Source: Neocallimastix sp. 'constans' (taxonomy: Eukaryota). Taken from it: 64,000 nucleotides of DNA. Below the pieces are notes generated by a model. That model saw nothing but the letters and a program-made list of their open reading frames with translations. It was not told the DNA's origin and did not search any database. Within the stretch, counting starts at the first letter, position 1; every line of letters starts with the position of its first letter. The translations under genes were made by a program, and so were the position numbers. Of this stretch, positions 20,391-32,764 are shown piece after piece. The stretch covers positions 620,001 to 684,000 of the forward strand of contig JBODTK010000013.1 of the NCBI GenBank assembly GCA_050613775.1, written 5' to 3'.

Positions 20391-21233
20391 ATGGGTTTAC
20401 TTAGCAACGACCAAGTAAATTTAATTTATTATTTTCTGTTATAATCTATAAAATTTTATTTTGATATTAATAGATATAAAATATAAACACAATATATTGT
20501 TGCAATTATAATTTTAATATTAATTAATTAGAAAAAAAGCAACTTAACTAATTAAAATTGTTATTTTTTATTAATATTATTATTTTTATACAAAATTACG
20601 GATATTTCCATTTTGATAAATAATTTTAAACAGTTTTTAACACAATTGAACAATCAATTTGAAAAAACAAAGGAAAATGGAACTGTTTATGTTTCTATGA
20701 AAAGATGTAAAAATCGAAATTTTTAAAAAATCTAATATATAAATTTCAGAAGTAATTACAATAAATTACAATAAAACATTAATAACAAAAAAAAAAAAAA
20801 ATTATTTTTAAATGTAAAAGTAACAAATACATTACAATATTAATTTATCCTTATTTTTTATTATTGAAATTTTTTAATTTTAAAATATTAAATAAAACAA
20901 AACAAATAAAAAAAAAAAAAGACAAGTGGGATCACAAAGAATTACGTAAGAAGAATGCTGATCCTTCTTTAGTTTCAGAAGATGAAAAATTTCAATGTCT
21001 TTTCAGAGCTGTTCAAAATAAACATAAAATTAGTACTTTAGTAAGATATTCATATTAATTCAATAATATAAATTATATAAATTTTGAATTTATTTTATTA
21101 ATTGAAAAATTTATATATTATATATATTATTTAATAATAAATTTAACCAATATTTACCCTTTTTTCTTTTTTTTCTTTTTTTTTTTTTTCTCGATATAAT
21201 TATTTCATAATTAAAAATTAAAAAAAAAAAAAA

Positions 21234-21268
<35 letters not shown>

Positions 21269-21400
21269 AAAAAAAAGGTTACCGAAGCTAATGCTGAAAA
21301 ATTTATTGATGCTTATTCTAATTTATTAGCATTACATCTTGATTCCTTAAAGAAAAAGAAGAAGGGAGGTATTAAGAAGAAGACTAACAAGACTAAATAA
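20391..21400 (+). CDS. SRP14: Signal recognition particle 14 kDa subunit; 4 exons: 20391-20414, 20634-20706, 20922-21040, 21278-21400
   Basis: Spliced product MGLLSNDQFLTQLNNQFEKTKENGTVYVSMKRY...QCLFRAVQNKHKISTLVTEANAEKFIDAYSNLLALHLDSLKKKKKGG, which matches the SRP14 pattern including the basic C-terminal tail. Confidence 0.93.
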
Positions 21401-21784
21401 AATAAATGAATGGATATTTTTTTTATTTTCTTATTAAACAATATCATGAAAGAAAATAATTTTTATTATAGATGGATTTTTTTTTTTACAATACCATTAA
21501 AGAACTTAATTTTTTTTATCATATAATCATAATTATTGATAAAAAAAAAATACAAATAATAAGAATTTAGAAACCATTTTATATATAATATTCAAAATAA
21601 TACATCTTAATAGATTTTTTTTTTAAATTATTTTTTTACACTTTTTTTAGTTAATCAGTTATTATTTTTTATAAATTATACAATTTAAAAATAAAGCACA
21701 TATATAAAATAATAATAATAATAATAATAATAATGATAATAAATATATTAAATGATTATTTTTTTCTTTGGGTTCTATCTTTTC

Positions 21785-21816
<32 letters not shown>

Positions 21817-21932
21817 TTTAAATTTATAATTATTATTTGCTATGTACTATTTTATCGTTTTGTTTTGTTTTTATACATAATAATATATACATATATACAT
21901 AAAATTATAAACACCTTTTTATACGGTCAGAA

Positions 21933-21965
<33 letters not shown>

Positions 21966-22057
21966 CTTTTTATTTTATTTTTGAAGTTTGATTTATATGT
22001 ATATATATTCTTTAATATTTAAAATATTAAAGAATAAAATATTATTATTTCTTTTTG

Positions 22058-22088
<31 letters not shown>

Positions 22089-22952
22089 TCTTTGTATATA
22101 ATTATTTTTTTATTTTTTTTATTATTTTCAGTATAATTGACAAATTAAATTGTCGTTTTATTTTCATAATTTAATTTATATAAATATATATATGAATATT
22201 TTAGAATATCTAATTAATAAAATTTAACCATGTAATACTACTACATGTTCTTTTATCATTTAATAATTAAATAATTTATTTCTTTTATATATATATGTAT
22301 ATATTTAATCTGTTATATTTTCAAATATTATATTAATGAAATTTAACTTGTAATACCTGTTATAGTACCTTCATTACTAATAAAAATAACAAAATAACAA
22401 TACTACTAATAATATAAATTAAGTAAAGGTATAGGTTTTAAATTATTATTAAAAAATAATGGACTGAATATCTATATCAGTAATAAATTATACAAACGGT
22501 ACTCCTAAGAGGTTTATATATATAAAATATAATATGTTTCAAATAAATAAATGTACGATTTAATAATTATTTTTTTTATTTTTTATTTAATATATAATTA
22601 TTATCTTTTATAATATTATGATGTCAACTATTTTTTAATGAAAAATTAACACTACTAACAATGATAAAAATACCAATATTAAAAGAATCTATTCAATAAT
22701 GGAAATTTTTGATATTAAATTTAAATTATTTCTATGGAATGAATAAAAATTAAATTTTTTTTTTTTTTTTTATTTCATTCTCTACAGCAACAAAATATTT
22801 ATCATAAATATGACAAAACAGAACAAAACAAAATAAAAAAAACAAAAAAACAAAAAAATATATATATATATTTATATATTTTAATATAATCAATAAGTTT
22901 AATAATTTATTGAACCCAATAGGTTAGGTTAATTGTATGGATAGTTTTATAA

Positions 22953-23084
22953 GGAAATGTTGTATTTCGGAACATGGCTTATAAATAAAAATTAAATGCA
23001 TAATTTAATGTCCCACATTTTTTTCTTTTTTTTTAATAATTGTAAATAAATAAATAAAGCCACGTTCCGAAATGCACCACATCC
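22953..23084. mobile_element. 132-bp non-autonomous DNA transposon (MITE), Mutator/MULE-like
   Basis: Imperfect ~30-bp terminal inverted repeats (GGAAATGTTGTATTTCGGAACATGGCTT vs reverse complement GGATGTGGTGCATTTCGGAACGTGGCTT), flanked by an identical 9-bp direct repeat GTTTTATAA at 22944-22952 and 23085-23093. Confidence 0.8.
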
Positions 23085-24180
23085 GTTTTATAAATGTAAA
23101 ATAAAATATTTGTTTGTTTTATATATATATTAAAGAATGAAATTAGAAATGTATTTATGAAGCAGTATAAAGATTTATTTTAATTATAAGTTAAAAGCTT
23201 ATTGAAATTATTAAAAGTAATTTTTTTTTTTATTTATTCATTTTATTTATTCTATTTGGTAAACTTTCATGTATTTTAATATAAAAGAAAAAAAAAAAAA
23301 AAAAAAAAGAGAAAAAATTTAATATTAGAAATAAATCATTTTTGAAAAAATAAATAAATAATATAAATAAATAAATTGTATTAGATTTATTATTTAAATT
23401 AATTTTTTTTTCTTTTTTTTTAAATATAAACTTTTTTATTTATTATTTTTTAATTATTTTTTTTTTTCAATTTTTTTTTTTCTTTTCTTTTTTTTTTTTT
23501 TTTACGAAAAGAAATCTTTATATTATAAATAAGAATATATTTGACATTTAGAGATTATTTAATTCTATAATTTTGAAATTTATGAAATAAAAAAAAAAGA
23601 CTCTATTTATTTATTTATTTATTATAGTGTAATTAAACAAATAAAATAAAATAAACTGTAATAACATAACATTTTATATTCTATTGTAAGTGGTAAAAAA
23701 AAAAAAAAAAGATTTTTAAAATTCATAATATTGCAATAATTATTGATATAGTTGTTTCTTTTAATTCATAATAAAGAAGAGAAATTTGTTTTAATTATTA
23801 TTAATTTTCATTTTTTCCTTATTTACGTAAAATATATAAACATTTATGAATAATATAAATATTATTATTTTATATAAATATATATATATTTATTCTTAAG
23901 CATAATAAATTAAATGGCAATACTCTAAATAAAATAAACTACTAATCCTTTTTTTATTTATTTTTTCTTTTTTTATATATATTTATATTATATATATATA
24001 TTATTTTAACGTTTTAACATAATAATAATGAAATATATATATATATATATATATATTAATAATAGATTTTTAGATATTTAACAAGACATAGAGTTTATTA
24101 ATTTTCAATTCAAGCGTAACCCTTATTAATAGAAAATAAATAAAATATTTTGTAAAAAGAAAGTATATAAAAATTAAAAG

Positions 24181-25243
24181 ATGGTTGAAATTATTAATGG
24201 ATATTCATACCCAATTCGTGGTATTCTTTATTTAGTTAGAAAGAATCAACTCAGAAGAAGTTCATATTTACCAATTTTCTTCGCTTTAATTATCGATGTT
24301 ATTGTTTTAATCTTGATATTTAATTTTGCTTATACACCTCAATTTAATCTTATAAATGATAAAATTTTGACCTTTTTCTGGCGTTGGCTCAACCATATCA
24401 TTAATTTTATTATAATTATTCTTGAAGTTTTTATTGTAGATCAAATTGTTGTTGTATGTAAAAAAGATTTATTTAAATTTCATTTGATAATATTAAATGA
24501 TTATTAAACCTAGTATATATATAAACATAATATATATGTTATAATTAAATTTCAGAATTATATTATAAAATTTTAATAACCATTAGGATTTATTCATCAT
24601 ATTAATGAGAATACTATTTATATTTAATTATATTGTATAGAATATTTTCTTAGCTTTCTTCCATGAAAAGGCTTTTGATGATGTAAGTTTTATTTTTAAT
24701 AATAAACATTTTTATTATTATTTCATTATTTCATATAATATGTTTTTTTTTTTTTTTTTTTTTTTTTAATCTTTATTTGTTAATTTTTTTTTTTTGTTTA
24801 AAATTTTATTATTATTATTATTATTTTTTATTAAAATTATATATAGACTTTAAAATTAAAGGGTTATACCTATTTATTAGATCAAGATGATAGTAATTGT
24901 ATTACCTCTTGCATGTAAGTATATTTAATTATTTAATATTTAGAATAAAATATTAAATATATATATATGTAAAATATACTTTTATGAATTTTTAAATTAT
25001 TAATATTTTGATAAAAATATTAAAAAATAGTAAATAATAACAATAATTATAAATATCTTTATATACATATGAAGTCGTTCTATTCGTATATTCCAACTTA
25101 TTAAGATTCTTGTTGCTATTGTTACTCTTCCATTAAATTTCATTCCAACTGTTGGTACCCTTTCATACTATCTCCTTAATGGTATTTTTCAAGGATGGGA
25201 TCATCAAGGTAATATAAATATTATTTAAAAATATAAAAGATAT

Positions 25244-25280
<37 letters not shown>

Positions 25281-25946
25281 AATTAATAACAAAAAAACAA
25301 AAAACAAAAAATAAAAAAAAAGAAAGGAAAAAGCTAAAAACTAAAACTAAATTTATTTAATAATATTAATAAATAACTTTTTTTTTTTTATATATATTTT
25401 ATCTTATTTTATCAATATATGCATATTTAATTAATAATAATATTTTAAACTTAATATCTATAAAATAATTATTTCAATATGTCAATACATTAATTCATCA
25501 ATATATCAATATATTAATATATTAATATAACAAAATATTAATATTATAATATATCAACATATCAACATATCAACATATTACTCTATCATTATATCAATAT
25601 GCCAATATAAAAATGGAACAATATTAATAATGTATCTATATAAATCAATAAAAATAATAAAATAGATCGTTACTTTGAATTAAAGAAAATTTATAGCATG
25701 GGTGATCAATGGAAATTTATTAAGAGTCATTTCAAGAATATGTGTACCTTTGGTGCTGCAGCCTTCTTTTTAGAATCCATTCCAATTATTGGTAATATGT
25801 TTAATATTTCTAATGCTGTTGGTATTGCTTTATATGATATTCACTTAGAAAAGAAATATGGTAATTCAGATAATAAAGTTTCCTACAGTGGTAGTGAAAT
25901 TTCTTCCAGTAGTACTCCAACCTATCAATCAGGACCAAGTAAATAA
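24181..25946 (+). CDS. EI24-domain multi-pass membrane protein (fungal RRT8/LDS-like); 5 exons: 24181-24453, 24641-24682, 24847-24914, 25075-25208, 25666-25946
   Basis: Motifs YSYPIRGILY, hydrophobic helices, KAFDDTLKLKG, LPLNFIPTVG, GWDHQDRYFELKK and FGAAAFFLESIPIIG...SNAVGIAL. Junctions are in frame. Confidence 0.82.
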
Positions 25947-26250
25947 TTTCACATTTATAGAAATTATATTTACATATATTATATTTTTTTTTTCTAAAGA
26001 AAAAAATAAAATAAAATAAAATAAAATAAAAAATTAAATGATTTATTTCAATAATAATAATGAAGAAAAAAAAAAAGAATATGTATTAAAATATTTTATT
26101 TTATTTTATTTTTTTTAAATTATTATTTTTATCTATATTTATATATTAGAAAAAAATGAAAAATCAAAATAAAAAATATAATAACAATAACAATAATAAT
26201 AATAATAATAATTATAATAATAATAAAAAAAAGCAGTAAAAAAATAAGAA

Positions 26251-26301
<51 letters not shown>

Positions 26302-28242
26302 AAAAAAGTAAAAAATAAAAAAATTTATTATTATTATTATTATTATTATTTTTTACCTACCTATTTTCCTATATTTATGTTTTTTTTTATTTATTTTTTT
26401 TTTTTATAAAAAAAAAAAATTAAGAAAAGGAAAAATTATTATTATTATTATATAAATACATATATACTTTCTTATTTATAATAATCTTATTTTTTCAAAA
26501 TATAACATCCACCACAACAAAAAAAAAAAAACAACTTTAACAAAAAAAAAAATCTATTATACAATAAACGCTAATAAAAAAAAAATTATTTTTAAATTTA
26601 AAATTATATTTTAAATTTTTTTTTATATTATTTATTTATTACTCAATTATTTATTATTCAATTATTTATTATTTATTAATTATTAATTATTATTTATTAT
26701 TTATTATTTATTATTTATTATTTATTATTTATTATATATTATATATTATTTATTATTTATTATATATTATTTATTATTTATTATTTATTATATATTATTT
26801 ATTATTTATTATTTATTATTATTTATTATTATTTATATAAATTATTAAAATAAAATAATAATAATAAATAAATAATAATAATAATAAAAGTAACTTTATT
26901 TTATTTAGTTTATTTTAATATGTTATCATTTATACAATATATATATATGAGTATTTTCATGATATGTAATATTGATAATTTTTGAAAAAAAATATTTAAT
27001 AAATATATATATTTATTTCATTTTACTTTATAATTTTATACTTATATTTATAGTTGTATTTATAATATTATAAAAATATAAATAGCTATTTACAATTAAT
27101 TAGTATTATCATCATCATTATTACTGATTATCATTTGATACTGAGAATTTTTGGAATTCTATTTTAATTATTATATTTATTAAAGTCAATTAAAAAAAAA
27201 AAGTTAATGCTATAAATTATATTATTTTTTTTTAATTCATGCTAATAAAATTTTTGTACAAATAATTCTAATAATAATAATAATAATATATAATAATATA
27301 TATAGAAAATACAAAAGTCATAAGAGAGTAAATGGTACAAAAAAAATAAAAAAAAAAAAATAAAAAAAAATACAAAAATAAAATAAAAAAAAAATACAAA
27401 AATAAAATAAAAAAATATATATATAAAAAAGGTTTTTAACTTTTTTTTTTTTAAAGTTTTTTAATTTTTCTTTTTTTTTTTTTTTATTTTTATTTTTTTT
27501 TTCTCCATTAAATGAAATGTTACACAATTCCTAATTTTTATTAATTTATTTAATTTTTATTTATTTTAATTATTATTATTATTATTTATTATTTATTATT
27601 ATTATTTATTATTATTTATTATTATTTATTATTATTTTATTTTGGTGGCTGTTAAGCATGGGGAAAAAGCAAAAAAAAAAAAAAAAAAAGTTGGTTAAAA
27701 AATAATATTTAAAAAAGTTTTTTTTTTATATATACATATTATTATTAATTTTTATTTTTATAGCTTTTATTATATTATATTTTATTTTATTTTTTTATTG
27801 TTTTTATTTCATTATTATTATTATTTTTTCGTGTCAAAAAAAGAAAAATATATGTATATGTATATATATATGTATATGTACATAATAGATGTATATAATA
27901 TGATATCTCCACAATTTTATTATAATAAAAAAGGAAAAAAATATATATATATATAGATATATATAATTTTTCTGAAAAATGATTTTTATTAATATTTAAT
28001 ATGTAATATATATATATAATAAATATATTAATAAAAAAGTATTAAAATTTTTTTTTTCTTGGTAACATTGAAGTGTTGAAAAATCAGTTGAACAACAATT
28101 AGATATTCATAATAATTAAAATATTTTGATATAAAAACAAATTATAAAGCTCTCATAGGAACAGGTCTTATTGCTAAGAATGTGACCAGTATTTCCAAGA
28201 ATATTGATGTCAATGATTATTATTTCTGTCAAAATGATTCAA

Positions 28243-28276
28243 TAAGCTAAAGAGGGTAATAACCCTCTTTAGCTTA
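28243..28276. other. Perfect 15-bp-stem hairpin within a decayed coding-like island (~28060-28375)
   Basis: TAAGCTAAAGAGGGT-AATA-ACCCTCTTTAGCTTA. The arms are exact reverse complements. Confidence 0.85.
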
Positions 28277-30194
28277 AATAAATTACAATTGATAGAAAAA
28301 ATTTGATATGAAGTCTTTATATCATTTAGATTTTCAAATTTCATATCAATGGAAAGAAATTGAATTTTCAGATTTTATATATATAATCTTACAATTTTAA
28401 AATTATTAAACAGAATATTATTGATTGTACATTACCTATATGTTATATTAAATGTAAGGAAAATATTTTGTAATAATAATAACAACAACAATAATAATAA
28501 TATGTAAAAATAAAAAAAAAAAAAAAAAAAAGTAGAGTAATAATTTATATTAATAAATATTTGACAGAAAAAACTATTTCAGATAATTGTATTTTTAATT
28601 TGATATATATTAACAATGTAATATTTAAACATGTCAATTTTATTTTGAATGTTGATAAATTTATTTCAAATAAATTCAAGTTCTTTTTAAAGTATAAAGG
28701 TGCTTTTAAAAATTTAATATATATATAAATATATTTATATTTATATATTTTTTCATATAAAACTTCAATAGTAAAATAATTAATAATTTTATTTTAATAT
28801 ACTTATAAAGAAATAATAATAGTAATAATAATAATAATAAATAATAATAATAATAATAAATAATAATAATAGTAATAATAAATAATAATAATAATTATAA
28901 TAAATAATAATAATAAAGTGGATTTAAAATAATTATTAATATTAAAATTAATTTATGAATGTAATAATATTATTGAATATAACTAATAAAAAATATTGAA
29001 TGTAATTAATAAAAATATAAATAGAACTTTATAATAATATGAATAAACTAATAATTAATAATTAATAATAACTAATAATGAAATATATAATAAAAATTGA
29101 TGTTAAAACTTTAATACAATTACAATTACAATACAATATATCAAATGTAATATATTTGAAATACTAAATTAAATTCATAATAAAATAAAGTAAAAAATTA
29201 AAACCCCCAAAAAAATAAAATAAAATTAAAAAAAAAAATATATATATATATAATTAAAAAAAATAAAAATCAAATAAAGAATATATTTATATTTAAAATT
29301 AAAAAAGAAAAAACATTTGCACAAGAATGTTTATATAAAATTATGGAATTTAAATATTAATTATTTAGAGTTTGATATATTCTTCTTATTTGATTTATTT
29401 TTATATAAGCTATTTTATTTTATGTTTAGTTATTATATATTATATATAATTAAAGAAGAGGACTTAGCTATCCTTTTAGTTATTCTCTATATTCATTTTT
29501 TTTTTTTTAATTTTTTTTTATTATATTTTATTCTTTTTATTCTATTCTTTTTATATGAAATTACAATAAAATCAAAATAATATATATATATGACTATATA
29601 TATAAATACATGAATATACTATCTTTAATTATTCCAAACTAACGAAATTTGTGGGATCAACTTGAAAACTTTTTGTATATTAAGATTATATATATTTATA
29701 CATTTATTTCAAACATGAGTAAAAAGTATTAAAAAATTTTTTTTTAAACAATTATTTATTCTTTAGAGCAAATATTTAGTTTTTATTTAGAAGACTTATA
29801 ATAATATTTAATCAAATATATAATTAGAAAGATATTGTTTAGATTTAAAATTATATAAAATTATATAAAATTATATTTAAAAATTTAATTAGTGATAAAC
29901 TCAAAACGTTTTTTGATACGTCGTTAACAGATACGTTGTTAACATCTAACATGTAATAAAATTTTTAAAAAATTTATACTGTAATTTATCTAATTTTTTT
30001 TTTTTTTTAGACATCTCATTTTTATAATAGAAACATTTTTTTTTTATTTTATTTCATTATAACTAATTATATGATATTTTTATTATAATTGATGTAAAAA
30101 TATATACATATGGTTATACATAAAATATTATATAATAATTATTATTAATCTTTCCATAAGAGTAAATGAATAATTGAAAAAAAAAATTTTTTTA

Positions 30195-30232
<38 letters not shown>

Positions 30233-31626
30233 TAGCATACTTTAATTAAGAGATTCAAAATATTATAGGCTAAAATTAAAAAAATATGATTTCAGTTAGT
30301 GATTAGTTAATGTATATAAAAACATAAAAAAAGTCAATTTATATATATTTCAGTATATAAATATATTTATATAATTTTTAAATAAATAAATAAATAAGAT
30401 TACTTTTTTGATATTATTCAATAGCATCCTCTTTATTTTTTTATTTTATTATTATTATTTTTTTTTATTATTTTTATTATTATTTATAATAATAATTTAA
30501 AAAATAATATATTATATATTATATATTTTTTATATTTTTATATATAGAATTGCTGATGATTCTACTTTGTAATTAATTTTTTTATTTTATTAAATTTATT
30601 TATTTATTTTAAAGAATTATTTTAATTTAAATGAATTAAAATATTAAATAAATTAATATATAATAAATTAATAAACATATAATAGACTAGTATTATGTTA
30701 TATATTAATATATATTATAATGTATTTTAATTTTTTTTTTATTCAATTTCAAATGATATTATTAATAACTTTTTTTTTTTATTTTTTCTTTTTTTTTTAA
30801 AAATACTTTTTTTTTTAGTTTTTTTTTTATTTTAATTTCAAAAAGAGAAAAAAAAAATTATATATATATTTATATTTATAAATTTTACATCTATATATAT
30901 ATTTTTTAATATAAAGCGAACTCTCATAATTATTGTTATTATAAAAACATTTTTTAAAAAAAAAGAAAAATAAAAATCTATAAAAGAAAAAATTATAGTA
31001 GAAGTAAAAAAAAATATTTATAGTCAAAATTGATATTATTATCGAAAACTTAATCTTAATATTATATTTTAATTACTATAGTTTAAAGTAAAGATATAGT
31101 ATATATTAATAGGTAATTTTGTACTTCTACATACGCACACACGTATTACATACCTTTTTTTGTATAAATCATTTTTATTAATATTGTTTATTAAATAAAT
31201 AAAAAGTATTAATAATAAAATGAAAAGTATAAAGGAAAAAATTATAATAGTAAATCAATAACAATAAATAAATATTATAATAATAAAAATAATAGTAAAG
31301 ACTTAAAATAAAATATAAGACTATATTATCAACATAAAGTAAGTGGACTTATTACAATAAAATTATAAATAATTGGGGGTAGTATTTTTTTTATAAATAT
31401 TTTAAAATTAATTTCAATAGAATAAGTAAAAAAAAATATTGAAAAGTAACAATTAATAAAGAATTAAATTAAAAACAATTTTGTAAAGATATTTTAAGAA
31501 AGTGCTTTACATATCTGGTAATTTTATTATTTCACAGTAATTAAAGAAAAAAGGATGAACTTATTTTTATAATTAATAATATATTTTTTTTATCAGGATT
31601 ATTTAAATTACTAAATTTAATCAATA

Positions 31627-31778
31627 TATAAATCAACAAAGTTAGACAATGTTAGAATAAATATAAAAATCAGCAATGTTAGACAATGTTAGAATAAATA
31701 TAAAAATCAACAATGTTAGACAATGTTAGAATAAATATAAAAATCAGCAATGTTAGACAATGTAAGAATAAATATAAA
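31627..31778. repeat. Minisatellite, 37-bp unit, about 4 copies
   Basis: Unit CAATGTTAGACAATGTTAGAATAAATATAAAAATCAR repeated head to tail, with R alternating A and G. Confidence 0.9.
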
Positions 31779-32764
31779 CTTATATATATATATATATATA
31801 AATTAGAGCAATCACACAATAGTATTGAATATATATGTATTTTTCAAATGATTTTTTTATTCAATTTAAAATATGAGAATGGAAATATAGTGGGTTATTA
31901 ATTATTTTAAAGGTTTATAATTAGTATTTATATATAAACATTATAGAAATTAAAGGAGAAATATTTTATTATATATTATCCTCAATATTTATATATATAT
32001 TTTTTTTTTTATTATTTTTTGAAATATAGTTTATTTATACTAATTTATTGTAAATTATTATTAAAGCTATAGAAATAAAACTACATTGAAATTTGAAAAA
32101 AAAAAAGAATAATCGTTTTAATAATAATAGTAATAATATCAATATATATTATTTAAATAATATATTAAAGACAGAAAAGTAAGTAAAATAATAAAAAGAT
32201 ATGTATTTATTTAAATTTTATCTGTTTATATATATATTTATATATATTTTTAACTGAATATATATAACTATTTTCATAGAAAGTATAATTAAATTTAAAT
32301 ATATAATTTTTTCTAATCAATAACATATGCTATAGTCCTCTTCATTTATAAAGTAATATATATATAGATATATATAAATTTACAAAATATAACTAGCTTT
32401 GAATTTGTACTAATTTATATATATATATATATTTATAAATTTAATTAATTTAATAATAATAAAAAAAAAATTTATAATAGTGAAGATAATTTTTATAAAT
32501 CAATAAAACTATCGAAAACAAAGCAAAAATAAATAAACAAATAAATAATAAAAAAATAATAAAATATAATAATCTTTAACAAAAGAAAAAAAAATTCAAT
32601 TAAAAGTAATACAAAAGAAGTAAATAAAAAAAGTAATTATCCAGAAGAAAAAAAGTATATATATTTATATATATTATTAATATATACAGTATACAGTATT
32701 TTGGAAAATTAATTTAAAATTATTTTCCATAATTTACTTATTAATAATTTATAATAGAATTATA

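Noticed and set aside
31627..31778. CRISPR-like array (37-bp repeats)
   Set aside because: Units are contiguous with no unique spacers, there are no cas genes, and the context is eukaryotic. It is a minisatellite.
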